64,000 nucleotides of DNA from the human T2T-CHM13v2.0 reference genome, Homo sapiens. The notes under the pieces are model-generated. The model made no database searches. It had not been told where the DNA came from and worked only from the letters and a program-made list of their open reading frames with translations. Made by a program: the position numbers and the translations under genes. Positions 43,901 through 57,500 of the stretch are shown one piece after another. Positions within the stretch are counted from its first letter, which is position 1, and the number at the start of each line of letters is the position of its first letter. The stretch is from the NCBI RefSeq assembly GCF_009914755.1, contig NC_060929.1, one strand, 5' to 3'.

Positions 43901-45364
43901 TCGTCTGGGGTGAGAACCCTCCAGGCAAGAGAATAACGTCACAAAACACAGGAAGGAAGGGCCAGGGAGCACCAAGCAGGATCTATCAAAAAAGGGCTTT
44001 GAGTCTAAAATTCGATGACTCTCCTTGTTTTCTGAGCAGGATAGACTAAAAGGCACAATTCCATGCTTTGTCTTCAATTCATGAATTGATGCTGTCAGTC
44101 ATTTATACATTTGACCATTTATTCTTCTTTCAAACATTTATTTACTTGTTTGTTATGCTTCAAACATCATTCAACAAACACCCACACAGATCCGTCCTAT
44201 GGTCAAGCACTAGGAATACAAAAATAAAAATGGATCAGCCCAGCTGCTAGCTTGGTCCAAGCCACCATTATCTCTTGTTCCCATTGGTTCTGGATCCCAC
44301 AGGGATGTGGAGGTCCCCTTCTCTCCAGAGCCACCCACTGGGATTGTAAGGAAATAAAGGGAGATCATTTGTATTAATTATTATTAAGATAGTTGTCACT
44401 TATAACTAATTCAAAACAACCCTTTGAACCCCTATCAACTAGATAATTTTATCCCCAAAATAACCTTTTGAAAGCCCATGAAATAGGGTTTTATCTGCAT
44501 TTTATAGAGAAGTAAACTGGGAGTGCAAGAGACAGGCCGTGGTAACACAGTGTGACTCTGACTGTGAAGGGATGTAGGGACAGGAAGCCATAGCCCAAAA
44601 GAAGAACAAGAGATGGCTCCAGGGGGCCAGTGGAAATGGCAGGAAGATAAGTGGAGACTGTCAGAGCCCGAAGGTGAAAAGTCGCACTCCAGGCAGAGGG
44701 TACAGCATGTGCAAAGGCATGGGGGCCTGAGGGAGCATGCCTGGGCCATTTGAGAACTTGTTAGTGGTTAGGTGTGATAAAAGCTGGAGGGGCATGTGAA
44801 GGGAAGAGGGCACAGAGGACTGGAAGCTGGAGAACCACTTCTGAAATGACTTGCCAAGAGTTTCCATTTTCCTACATCAGTGACAAATCTCCAGAGGACT
44901 TCAAGCAAGCGAGGGATGAAATCGGACATGAAACAGAGGAGGGTAGTACCTTTACAACCTTTCAGTCATTTCCCATGGAAAACCCCATCCGGGCTTGTAG
45001 TAGAATTCTCCATAGGGCCTGCCTCTTCTCTGGATGCTCCAGAGGGCTGCAGGGAGGCATCAGAAAACTCATTTGCACCCTCAGCAAGTGGCCCAATAAT
45101 TTGCTCTTCTCTGGAAATAAGGCCTCCTGTGAACATTAGCAGCAGACACCACGGCCTTGGAGAAGTTGATTTGGGTAACTGTCTACCCAAGGGGAATATT
45201 ATTGCTTCCCTTGAGATAGAGAAAGAGAGAGAGTGAGTGTGTACCTTCTTGTAAGTTTTTCTCATGTTTTTTTTTTCTAGACTATAATTCTAATATATAG
45301 CAAATTGGTGGCTAAAAGAACAAATTGTTCCAAAATCATGATGCAGAAAAAAAGCTCTTGAATA

Positions 45365-46227
45365 AGGCATTTCAAGCATACTGTGTCTGAAACTAAACTC
45401 TTAATTTTCTCTCCAGAAACACTGCTCCTTTGGTCTTTTCCACCTCAGTAAATGATTCCAGAAATCTTGGAGTCATTCTCTAGTCCTCTTTTTCCCCCAC
45501 ATCCGACATTCAGTCCATTAGCAAGTGCTATCAGCCAACTGTACCTTCCAAATATAAGCAGAATCTGACCTTTCCTCCACCTCCTCTGCTACTTCAATGG
45601 TCCAAGCCATTCTCATCCCTTCCTTGAAAAAGTGATACCCCACCCCACTGGTCTTCATGCCCCACTACAGACCATTCTGCACACAGCCGCCAAAGAGACA
45701 GTTTTAAAAATATAAAACAGATGTGTTGCTATGTCGCTTTCTTCTACTTACAGGGAATAAGGTCCAAGCTCCACACGGCAGCACACAAGTTCTACAAGAT
45801 ATGGCCCCTATATACTCCTCCAGATTAATCTCTTGCCACACTCTCCGTCTCTTACATCAGCCTTCCCAGCCTCCTGGCTCTTCCTCACACATAGAAGCCT
45901 GCTTCTCTGTCCAGAAAGTTTTCTTCCAGAGCTTCTTTGGGCTCATTCCCTTGATTCCTTCAGCTTCCAGTGTTAGATTCTTGAAGACAGGTCTTCTCTA
46001 AGCACTCTTTTTCAAATAACACCCACTGCTTTCCCTCATTCTATTGCTTTACTCTGTGTCTTCGCTGCAGCTCTCTCTATGTGAAATTATCTATTGGCTG
46101 GCCTGTGTCCTCCACTAGAAGGTAAGACCTATAAGGGCAGAGATTCTGACTATCTTGGTCATTGATGCCTAGAACACTGCTGTGCACACAGGAAGTAGAT
46201 ATATCATTTTAAATGAACAAATGAATG
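45365..46227 (+). mobile_element. L2 (L2a-like) 3' ~860 bp
   Basis: aaactaaactctt...cagaaatcttggagtcattc...ggtccaagccattctc...ccactagaaggtaag...aatgaacaaatgaatg terminus. Confidence 0.8.
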
Positions 46228-46357
46228 TTTCATGTTCCCCCCCAATTCTCAGTCGTAATCCTCAGAGGAAACAAATTTTAATTATTTCAGTTATTTTTTG
46301 GTATTTGCCTCCATATTCCAATGATAAGTTTATACTTTCATTTTATTGTTATCTACT

Positions 46358-46636
46358 TATTTAACTGACAAATAAAATTGTACGTATAATATACAACATG
46401 ATGTTTTGATATATGCGTACATTGTGGAATGGCTAAATCAGGCTAATCAACATATTTATTACCTCACATTCTTATCTTTTTTTTGTGGTGAGAACATTTG
46501 AAATTTACTCTTTTAGCGATTTTCAGGTATACAATACCTTATTCTTAACTATAGTCACCATGTTGTAAAATAGATCTCCTAAACTTATTCCTCCTGTCTA
46601 ACTGAAATTTTTTATCCTTTGACCAACAACTCCCCA
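46358..46636 (-). mobile_element. L1MA (MA6-8-like) 3' UTR fragment
   Basis: acattgtggaatggctaaatcaggctaat...tgtggtgagaacatt...taactatagtcaccatgttg. Confidence 0.85.
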
Positions 46637-46761
46637 ATACTCACAATGCATGTGTTATAGACATTAATTATTTACCATTCGATATGCTAAATGAAGATTA
46701 GCTCATTGGCACTTCCACCTCCACCTTACTTTTCCTCATCATCTCAGAATACTTGTGTCAT

Positions 46762-47276
46762 CACGCACATGTATGTTTATTGTGGCACTATTCACAATAG
46801 CAAAGACTTGGAATGAACCCAAATGTCCATCAATGATAGACTGGATTAAGAAAATGTGGCACATATACACCATGGAATACTATGCAGCCATAAAAAATGA
46901 TGAGTTCATGTCCTTTGTCGGGACATGGATGAAATTGGAAATCATCATTCTCAGTAAACTATCGCAGGGACAAAAAACCAAACACCACATGTTCTCACTC
47001 ACAGGTGGGAATTGAACAATGAGAACACATGGACGCAGGAAGGGGAACATCACACTCTGGGGACTGTTGTGGGGTGGGGGGAGCGGGGAGGGATAGCATT
47101 AGGAGATATACCTAATGCTAAATGACGAGTTAAGGGGTGCAGCACACCAGCATGGCACATGTATACATATGTAACTAACCTGCACATTGTGCACATGTAC
47201 CCTAAAACTTAAAGTATAATAATAAAATAAAATAATTTTTAAAAAAGTTATACTGGAGCACAAACTTAAAAAAAAA
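46762..47276 (+). mobile_element. 5'-truncated L1PA3-like element with extra 3' sequence
   Basis: gcattaggagatatacctaatgctaaatgacgag and gtaactaacctgcacattgtgc; 16-bp TSD agaatacttgtgtcat at 46746-46761 and 47276-47291. Confidence 0.95.
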
Positions 47277-47779
47277 GAATACTTGTGTCATTATCTTTTG
47301 ATGAGTAAATAATATTATTATGACTATTACATGCACCTGCTGCAGAGCCAAGTGGTGTGTTATGGTTTTACTTTCTTTCTTGTACAACTTTATGGTGTCC
47401 CTAGTTTCTAATTATCATTATTTTATGCTTGCAACTTCTTGTAAGTAGTAAGTCTAAATTTTTTTAAGCACCATCCAATTAGGTGTTCTAATAAGCCCCC
47501 TTTTCTCAAGGATCCCACCCTCTGGGAAGCAGAAAGAGTTCCCAATTTCTGCTTCTCTCTAGCCTGGTCCTTTTCTAGCCTTGGATGTAGCTGACACCCT
47601 GGGACTTCCTATAATTGCCTTCCAGGGTTGGACCCATTGTTTTCTAAATCCCATGTCTTCCTTATTTTGTGTCTGCTCCCTGTGGTTCTGAATCCAATGG
47701 GCTCTGTAGGGGTTCACATCTCTCTCCTGAATCCTGTGGAAAATATCGATGTGTTGGAAACTTAATTTCTATTCATTAT

Positions 47780-47950
47780 AATACCTTTCACTTTTAACTA
47801 ATTCAAAATAACCCTATGAAGTAGATTCTTATCCCCATTGTATAAAGAATAAACTGAGTTGCAAAGCAGTTAAGGAACTTGCCCCATGTCACACATCTAG
47901 GAAGTAGCAAAGCTGGGATTTGACCAGCCCAGGACTACCTAGCCCCAAAG
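47780..47950 (-). mobile_element. MIR
   Basis: aaccctatgaagtag...atccccatt...gttaaggaacttgccccatgtcacaca...gctgggatttga. Confidence 0.7.
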
Positions 47951-48179
47951 TTTGAGGAGCTTCCATCTACTGAGATCTTACCACATACCAGGCACTGTGC
48001 TGAGCTCCCCACATTACATGTCATCCTCACCACATCCATCCAGAAGGTGTTGACATGAAAGCTGTTGTCAAATATTGAAGGGCTGTCACAGAAAATATAA
48101 AATTAAACTTACTAAGAAAACTACAGAGAGCATAAGTTGGATCAGTAAGAACAAGTTATAAGGAGATAAATGTTGGCTC

Positions 48180-48280
48180 CAAATAAGGAGAGAGTTTCTA
48201 ACCATCTGAGCTGTCCCAGAATGGACTGAGTCACTTTGAAAGACAGTCAACTCTCCATCCCTAGAGATACACAAGAGGAA
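48180..48280 (+). mobile_element. L3/CR1 3' fragment
   Basis: aaataaggagagagtttctaaccatctgagctgtcccagaatgga...ctctccatccctagagatac. Confidence 0.55.
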
Positions 48281-48355
48281 TCTATCTGTTTAAAGAGACT
48301 GCAAATCTTTGTTTTGTGAGCCAGTGAGCTAGGGAGGAGAAAAGAAGTAACAGAT

Positions 48356-48756
48356 TGCTATGGCTTGAATGTTTTTGCCCTCCAAAATTTACGTTGAAAC
48401 TTAACCTCCAATGCAACAGCATTGGGAGGTGTGGCCTTTAGGAGGTGATGGAGTCATGAAGGCAAAGAGCCCTCATGAATAAGATCAGGCACCCCAGTGA
48501 AAGGGCTTGATGGAGTTTGCCCTTCTCACCCCTTCCATCTCTTCTGCCTTGTGAGGACACAGCGTTCCTCCCTCTGGAGAATGCAGCATCAAGGGGCCAT
48601 CTTGGAGGCTGAGACCAGCCCTCACCAGATGATGGAACCTGACAGTACTTGATTATGAACTTCCCAGACTCCAGAACTGTGAGAAATAAATCTCTGCTGT
48701 TTATAAATTACCCAGTCTGTGGTATTTTGTTATAGCTGCGCAAACGAACGAAGACA
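48356..48756 (+). mobile_element. MST (MSTD-like) MaLR LTR
   Basis: tgctatggcttgaatg start; ccagaactgtgagaaataaa...ataaattacccagtc...aagaca end. Confidence 0.88.
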
Positions 48757-49603
48757 CAGGCTGAGCTCTTACTATGGTAAGAACTATAGCTCAGGCACAG
48801 TGCTTTGTATACAGAAACTCATGGAAAAATATGATGATTGTATTCTTGTTTATCTGAGCAGTGAGAAAACTAAGCCAATAAAAATCAAATTATTAACCCA
48901 AGATCACACAGCTAATGTTCTATTTCAAGTCCAAATCTGTCTGACCTCAAATCCCATGAGGTAACTCATACTAGATATGCAATTTATAATCCTTTCAGCA
49001 CCAAGATTTCCTTTGAGATTCCTCTCACAGACCTCTTTAAAAGATCCTGTCTATCCAATTCACTGCTGTGTTACACATTAGTTGCAAATCAAAGGCTTCT
49101 TTCCCTGTCAACCAGAGGGAAGGAGCTGATAGAATTCCAAGCCACGGCGAGGGCAAACAAACCCTTCCGATAACCTCTTCAGACTTATAATTGACGTATG
49201 TTAACTTTCAAAACAGTTCCCAAATCCTTGTAACTACCTTCCAGGATCCCTCCTGAATTAAGAACCCTAAAGTAAGAATAATTTATACAGTTTTAATTGA
49301 TGTTATTGTTTAGGGAGAAGCATTCTTTTTGGCTGAACATATTTTAGTTGTTCAGTGAGCTCCTTTTTTCCTGCCTCCCCTTTCCTTGATACAGCTCAAG
49401 TCTTGAACTTCATTCAAGATCTAATTAAAAACTAATTTCCTCCTAGACATTTTCTGCCTTGGAATTTCCACTGCACTTGCATTCGAGCAATAATCTTGAA
49501 CTACTCTCTAGTAACATTCCATATTTTGCCTTCCCTTGTCTCTCTACAAAATCTTATCATATAGGCTCCTGTGGAAAGGTTCCGAACCTCAAACTTGATA
49601 CCG

Positions 49604-50310
49604 TGTATTAATCAGGACCCTCTCAATTGCAAGTGATAGAAAACAACTCAACGTGGCTTAGCAGAGAAGGAAATGTATTGACTTCAGTAACAGAATTGTC
49701 CATGTGTAGTGGGGCATCAGACATGTGGCATCAAAACTTGATCTCTCTCTCTCTCTCTTTCTCTTTCTCTCTCTCTCTCTCTCTCTCCAGTAGAATGAAC
49801 AATGGCCCTGGTTTGCCTGGATAAGGAGATTCCTGAGATATAGGACTTTCAGTGCTAAAACTGAAAAAGTACAGGAAAACCAGAACAAGTCGATCGCCCT
49901 ACTCTCCACCTTTTGTTGTCTTTTCCTCTGTGCTGGTTCCATCTCTGGCCAAATCCTCTCTGTGTGGTCTGGCATTTCAAGGTTTACAGTATCCTTACAA
50001 CTCACAATTCCAGTGGGGAAAAAACTTTCTCTTTTACAATGGTGACAAAAAAAAAAATCTCAGAATTGTCTTACTGACCTGGCTTGGATCACAGGGCAAT
50101 CCCTAAACCGATTCCCAGGGCTAGCTGAAATGCGAGATACTGATGGACCACATGTGGGGGCACATGCTCATCTCCAGGGCCAAGTTTTAGAACCAACCAC
50201 AGCAAAATCAAGAGACCTGAGGATGAAGAAGTAACGAGTCCTCAGAGGAAAATCAAGTTGCTAATATCAGAAGAAAAGAGAATAAATTACAGGCAAGTAA
50301 AACCATGTCC
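49604..50310 (-). mobile_element. MLT1K/L-like MaLR LTR containing a (TC)n tract and a MER81
   Basis: tgtattaatcagg...ttgcaagtgatagaaaacaactcaacgtggcttagc...aaatgtattgac. Confidence 0.55.
49791..49901. mobile_element. MER81 hAT-Blackjack MITE
   Basis: tagaatgaacaa...cctggtttgcctgg...ggactttcagtgctaaaac...atcgcccta; 8-bp TSD ctctccag/ctctccac. Confidence 0.75.
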
Positions 50311-52017
50311 ACTACAAGAAGTGGCATGGCAGACCAGTGGGTCTTGGTGTCACACAGACCTGAGTTTAAATCCCAAATCTATAATTTCTAGGCTGGGTGA
50401 CCCCACTGAGCCATCAAAGGATAATGAACAGGTCTTAGGGCTGTTGTGAGGATTAGAAGTGGAAGGTGTTGGAGGTAATCAGCAAAGAGCAGGCATTCAG
50501 TCAATGTTCTGCTCACCATATTTTCCCAGAAATAAACAGCTTTTACCAGCCATTCCCAGTGGCAGAACCTAAGGACATCTTCATAATGTGTAATTGAATA
50601 GGAAACACCTTCTCTGTCTTAAAGCAAGTGCAATTCTGGAGTTATTTTGAAAACATTAGTATTCAACACTTCTATTCACTCTGAGATCCTGGGGATAAAA
50701 TGAATAATTTCATTTTTAAAAGAAACAGGGATAGAATATGAGAATGTCAATTTTGCTGAAAAGTGTTTTACTTTCCTCAAGATACTTAATCAGATCAGTC
50801 CTCTATAGATTCTGAACTGATTGGTTCTTTGCATAACATTTTCAGTCTCAAAATCTGAGAAAATTGCCTAGAGCTAGCTGCATGAACACTTTGTAAGAAT
50901 ATTTGTAAAGAATAGAGATTAAATATCCAATTCTTTTTACAATCCACTTTGTACTTGGAGTTTAAGTTCTTACTGAGGTATAAGAAATACTCTATCTGTC
51001 AAATCATAGAATTTTTAGAGGATCTTTAGACATTCATCCTTCACTTTACAATTAGAGAAACCAAGGCCATATTTAGCTACAAGTCCTTCAAATGCATCAC
51101 GATAATTTACTCTCTAAGGCCTTCTCATGTGCTGTTTTCTTCTGTTTCAGATGCTCACGGTTCCCTCTCCCCCATACCTCTATAATTCATTCTGCTCTTT
51201 CAGAATTTAACTAAAGGCCACCATCCCTGGGAATCTTTTCCTGACACCTCCCACCCCAAGATAGATGAGGTGGCCATTGTTGCGCACTCTGCATCACAGT
51301 GGACAGTATTATTGATTTTCCTGCCTTCTTCTGCCAATCCTTCCCACCCACTGACCACCCCCTACCCCCTTGCTGAGTTCCTTCGGGGAAGAGCCAATGT
51401 CTTGCTGAATTCCTAGTAGGTGACATAGGGGTTAGGACACAACAAGCATCTGTCATTGTTTGTTATCAAAAAATCCAGTCTGCCAACCTGGCTGGATCCA
51501 TTTTGTAGGCTCATGGCAAATTTTAGTATTCTCATTGTGCAAGGCAAATTTGGATCAAATAGCAAGGAGGTAACTGGGCTCAGCTACAAAGGTTGGATAT
51601 GGCATTTTGCGTTTATCTAAAGTATACCTTCTGCCTGCTGGGTACACACCACAGGGCTTGGCGAAGGATATTGAACACATCTATTACTTTCAAGGAATAG
51701 TCAGGTGGACAGTGTAAGAGGAATGAGTAGTCAATAAGAAAAAGGGAAAAAGTGACAAGAAAAAGACAAAAAGGGTTCAGAGAAGGGCAGGTTGCTTTTG
51801 CTGGAGTATGGTTTCAACAGACAGTAGAGAAAGTGGGCACCTAGGTGGAGAGGACAGTGTGAGCAAAGGGCTGGAAAGAGAAGAGGGGTATCAGTGACCC
51901 TTCCCAAGAAGAAAGCAAAACAAGAGGGTAGGACACCAACATGGGAGTCTTGTAAAGAGCATGATGTATAAAACGAATGCAGAGGAGAAAAAAAGGGGAA
52001 GATGGGGCTTACATCAT

Positions 52018-52175
52018 AATACAAAGGCAGACCACAGGGTATCACTGTACAGACCAAGCCAATAATAGGCTCAGGTGGAATACCAATGACTGTGAAAATA
52101 CCAAGGCAGACCACAGAGTACCACTGTACAGACCAGGCTAATAATAGGCTCAGATGGAACACCAGTGACTGTGAA
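52018..52175 (+). repeat. Two-copy 79-bp tandem duplication
   Basis: 52018-52096 vs 52097-52175, 71/79 identical by manual alignment. Confidence 0.92.
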
Positions 52176-53145
52176 GCTAAGTAACATTACATTCCTCTGA
52201 CCTTATGTATTCCTATTTATGCCTCTAGACCTTCTCCATGAAACTGACTGGTTATGTGTCTGTCTCTATGGCACTGTGCAGGGCCACATGGCATGTTGAA
52301 AAAGCATGTGGTATTGGATGAGGCAGGAATCTATGCACTCTGGCCAGCTGTGTGACCCTGGATATAGGCTTGGATATAGGAAGGACCCTCCCTGTCCTAA
52401 TCCATGAGAGTGATGCTCATCTCACTGGATTATTCTGGAATGTAAATTAAATTGCACATTGGAGAATCCCTGGATTATGGCAGCTTGTGAAAGGCTGAGT
52501 TCACCCTTCCCCTGAGCATCTCCCCACAGTTACTCAAGGTAGGACCCACGTTCAAGTCACCTCTGCCTCCCCAGGACCTATGCCAGCACCGAGCTCATAA
52601 GTCTTCATTGGATGTATAGTTGAAGGAGTGAGTGAATAAACTAATTAGTTAGTTAACTAGGTTAGCTAATGGGTAAATGGATAAATAGATAATTAATGAA
52701 TAAATTATCCTCTCATGAGAGGAAAATTGGGTAAGCAATGGAACCTGAATGTGACACATGCAACATCCTGACGTCAAAAACCTCCAAATCAGTTTGAGCC
52801 CTCATCCAAATGGCCAAAGAAGTTGGTTGTGAAAATATGGTATAAACATAGAATTATCTTTGTTCTCGATAATTACAGATGCCATCCATTGACCACCTGT
52901 GGGCATGCTGGGTGTAATGTAACACATTTTGCCCACATTATCCTGTGCAACAATTTCTCAGAGTAAATGTTATCCTTATTTTACACGTGAGGAAAGTCCA
53001 AAAAATCAATTCACTTTCTCAAGGAGGCAAGCAAGGTGTGGACCTAGGACTTGAACTCATTTAACTGTTTCTCAGGCAAGATGCCCTCCCTTTGCCATTT
53101 GGGGCATATTAATTCTGGGTAATCTAGGTCTGTAGTTGATTTATT

Positions 53146-53278
53146 GATAGATAGATAGATAGATACATACATACATACATACATACATACATACATACAT
53201 ACATACACACATACGTACATAGAGATTAGATAAATAGATATAGATGGATAGATAGATAGAGATAGATTAGAGAGAGAT

Positions 53279-53338
<60 letters not shown>
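53146..53338 (+). repeat. Compound tetranucleotide STR (GATA)n(CATA)n...(TAGA)14
   Basis: Read directly; uninterrupted TAGA x14 at 53281-53336. Confidence 0.97.
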
Positions 53339-53339
<1 letters not shown>

Positions 53340-54349
53340 ACACTAAGTGAAACCCTTGGGAAAGGTGCATTTCTCTTCTTGATCCTAGAACCCAGAGTCA
53401 TGATCGATGGCAACTCAGCAGTGATACCCTGGACCACACTTCTCTTTTCTGCCCTTTGGGAAGTGACATTCTTCATTGAGGTTTTCCAGTCTTACAGGAC
53501 AGCTGAGACTGGTGAACAGCTGTTACTCTCATGCACATCCACCCATTCATGAACTCTGGTTTGCCACTGAACAGGGCACTTGGCTGGAGGCTAGATCTGA
53601 GGGCACTCTGGGCCTTTCTCCTTCTTTACCTGCCTTCTCGTTTCCTCTAGAAGGAAAGAACGTGAGCAACCTGGACAGAAACAGGACCCTTTGTCCCTTC
53701 ATCTGAGTGAAAGGAGAAACACCGCCCATCCTCCTAGGAAGGAGGAAAGGTCAGGCATCGCCTTGTGTATTGTGTCGTTATAAGCATTAAACATGGACTC
53801 CACATAGATGGCAGGATTCCTCATTGGTCTCAAGATTGTAATGAGCACACACTTCAAGTTCAGCTGGCTGGGGTTCAAATTCAAGCTTTGCCACTTATAA
53901 GCTCTGTAACCTTAGACCTTTTATTTTCTTTGGGCCTCTTATTCCTCGTCTTGTAAAATACAGGTCTTAATTCCTGCCTCACTGGACCATGACAAGAATC
54001 AGGTGATAAACCAGGCAGGTAGAAGTGTCCAATATATGGTGGAGGCACAGAGAGTATGGCCAGCAAAAGAGCCTGTCTTGGCCGCTGAGGCAGTGGGGAC
54101 CGTGCGAGGGGTGAGTGAGCAATGAATGGCATGAGAGGAGCGTGTGAGATGCTTAGGGAAGCAGAATGCACAGAAGTTGGAGGTGGGCAATTTGAAGATG
54201 GGAAGACCTATTAGGGGGCCATTTTTTTTTTGTCTTCCTGGTATAAGAAAGAAGCAGAAAGGCAGATTTGAGATTATCAGAGAAGTCAGAGTTACCCGGA
54301 CTCCTTTTCTGGCCTGCTGCTGGGCTACAGATTGAGGACAGGTTGAAGA

Positions 54350-54510
54350 AGACTCAAAGAATAGTTTTACCCTGCATCACTGTGCATCTCTGGGAAAAAC
54401 CACCTAACATGTCTGAGCTCAATTTACTCATCTGCAAATGGGTATGAAAATACCTACCTTGGAATGTAGTTAAAAGGACAAGAAACATCGTTCATAAAGC
54501 ACTGAGCTGC
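54350..54510 (+). mobile_element. MIR (donor of the 42-bp insert at 60450)
   Basis: ctgtgcatctctgggaaaaaccacctaacatgtctgagctcaatttactcatctgcaaatggg is a diverged MIR core. Confidence 0.65.
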
Positions 54511-57500
54511 AAGCTCAGCAAGCCATAGATACCCCATCCACAGAACGATTATTCACCAGCCAGGAGCATGCTAACAGCTAGTGAGAGAACCATATGGACA
54601 AGTCAAAGTAGATGAATTTAATTGAATATAAATTGAATCCCTTCCAGTTTTACTCACTTGGGTAATAGTAATAAATATTCACATTTTTATAGAATCCTGT
54701 ACTTTTCAAAGAACTTATCTTGATTTATCTGAGCAACAGCCCTTCAAAGTCACTGAGGTGAGCTTAGTTGGGATTTTCAGAAACAATTTTTAAGTAGCTT
54801 GAAATATTTCAATAGTTTTCCAGAAGGGCTCTAATAGGAGCTGTTCCTACTGTTCACAGCAATAAAAATCTTCTACAATCCTAGAACAGCACCATGGTCT
54901 TTCAGACTTTCTATATTTGCACATGCTATTTCTTCTCCTTGGAATTCCATTTCCCCTTTTCTCGTTTTCTATCTACTCCTCACTACCCCTTTCGCTCTGT
55001 TCCTACCCCTCCAACTTCCCCCACACACAGTAAGCAAAATCAGACAGCCTTAGTTAGGACCCAAGCTCCATCCCATGCTAGCTATGGGGCCTTGGGCAAA
55101 TGTTTCAAACTCTACTGTCTCTGTTTCCTTATCTGTAAAATGGCAGGAATAATAATAGTATCTACCTCCTAATATTCTTGGTATTGTTGTCATCTCTTCC
55201 TTTAAAACTCATCCATGACCTTTCACTTACTGTCTTCTTCGCCCTGCTTGGGTCACGTGATGCTTGCCCTTTTTAGTACCCTCAGGACGCCGGGGCTTGC
55301 CTCTGGTGTAATGTGAATCACATCATTTGACCCACAAATTCCACTCCCATAATCTAGGTTAAGGAACTATAATCTGAAATGAATTCAAAGCTTATAGACA
55401 ACAATGTCTACTGAAGTACTGTTTCTAATAATAAAATTTGCAAATAACATAAATGTCCATGATGAAGGCCATGGTCAATGACTAAGCCAATTATTAATGT
55501 TTTGTTTTTTTCTCATCCACTAAGGCCTGGACAATGTCAAGTTTCTCTCTAAACTCAATGCCTCAACAAGAGCCTTGAATGAAGTAGCTACTCAATAAAG
55601 GTTTCCATCCACGTATTCAGCAAAGATTCATTGAACACCTGCAAGGAGCCAAGCACTGTGCTACATGCTTTACGTACATCATATTATTGAATCCCCCCAA
55701 TACTTCCTGTGGTAGGTGTTATTTTCAATGTCAATTTTAAAATGAGGAACTGAGACTTAAAGAGGTGAAGCCAATTGTAGGTCTGCCAGACTTGAATGCC
55801 CAAGCACTAACACCTATATTCTGTGGTTCTTGATAAATGAATACCACTGATAAAATAGTGGTTTGTCCATCCACAGAATAAATGCAGGCATGATATTTTT
55901 GGATGGGATTCTCTTAAAGTTTAAACAAGCTACTACTTTAAAAGGTCAACAAGCTTAGAAGTAATATTAATTCAATTTTTAAAATGAAGCAAGTTAAGTG
56001 ATTTGCTGAGATCCCACAGCTAGTGAGTGACTGAGCTCTAACAAGAATCAGGTCACCTGATTCCTCATCTCTGGCTTTGTCCACTGTCCTTGCCCCAGCT
56101 GGAGGCTGATGGCTGCAATTCAGTTGTAAGATATTAATTTAAGGGCCAGTCTTAAAGGAAAATATTGGCCAAGAAGAACAACATGCATTTTCCTACAAAA
56201 AGATTTTTGTGAAGGGTCTTTGTCCAAGCAAAGTTCATTGCCAAATTTTTCTCTGATAGGATTGCCACAAAGAATGGATGATTTGGCACCATCCAAAACT
56301 CTGAGATCAGTACCATGTTTAGCCCACTCCAGCCTCTTTCTATGGCTTGTGAAATATAAAATATGACCACATTCCCTTAGAAAATCTACTCTCATTCCAG
56401 TTTTCTAGATATGCTCTCTTGACTGCCCAAATATTGCAATGCTTTCTACCTTGTATTTGCCCAATGACACTAACCTGGTTTTTCTACAAATCATTTCTAG
56501 AAATTTCTCCTTCATAAGGGTGAAGATATGAAATGCCTTCAGCATTTCTACCAAGGAAAAGCCAAGTTTAGAGTTCAAGTAAGTATGGGATCACTCAGGT
56601 AATACTAATAGGAAAAGGTGGATCATCTAAATGAGCTGGAAGGTCTACATTTTCCCCATTCCTTGAGAAATTATTCAGTTCTCCTCTCTGTTTGGAGGTA
56701 TGTAAACGCAGCTTAAAATGAAACAGAACCTTTACACTGAGGATCTCAAATGGATGTTGCTTCAAAGTCACCATTTAACAGTGCTATTCAGGAGGGAAAA
56801 TAAAGATAAAGTTGCCATGGGAACCTCTGTAACACCTGGCACAGCACCTCTGACTCACAAAGCTGTATCTTAAAGAAACACAAGCATTAACTGATGCTTT
56901 TAGTAATCCCTGGGGCCAACCGTGCTTTCCTGATACACAGTGAGAGAATATTTACTGATATGCATCAATCTTCTTATGAGGGAGAAATTATTTTTTAAAA
57001 AGTGAAGTTTCTCATAGCCCAAATTCATTTTTATTGTACCCTAAATGTTTCATATGGAAAAATGCATTTTCTTTTCCATAATCATTTCTATTTCTGGTAC
57101 AATATAGGAGAGATCTGCCCCTTAAATTTAATATGTGCAGCTTGCACAGACAGTCGGTATGGGAAACAGGTCACAAATTTAAATTAATGGAAGGTCAAGT
57201 TCGTAAGTGTGATCTGTACAGACAGCACACACCACAAAGCACACCACATTTAAGTCAGAAATCAGGGTGTGATTCTTGGCTTTATCATTAGCCAGCTGGT
57301 ATGTCTGCTCTCTGACTTTCAGCATCTTCTTCAACTACATCTATTACCTGTGAAAATACCTACATCACCAGGTGATTGTGAGAATTTCATTAGATCATTG
57401 GAGAAGAAAAGTCTTTTTGTAAACTGTAGGGGGAAGAGAAGGAAATACATTTATTGAGTGCCTAGTATGTGCTAGACACATATAAGCAATATAATAGTTT

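Noticed and set aside
52018-52175. Direct repeats considered as CRISPR-like
   Set aside because: Only two adjacent units with no spacers, in primate DNA with no cas genes.
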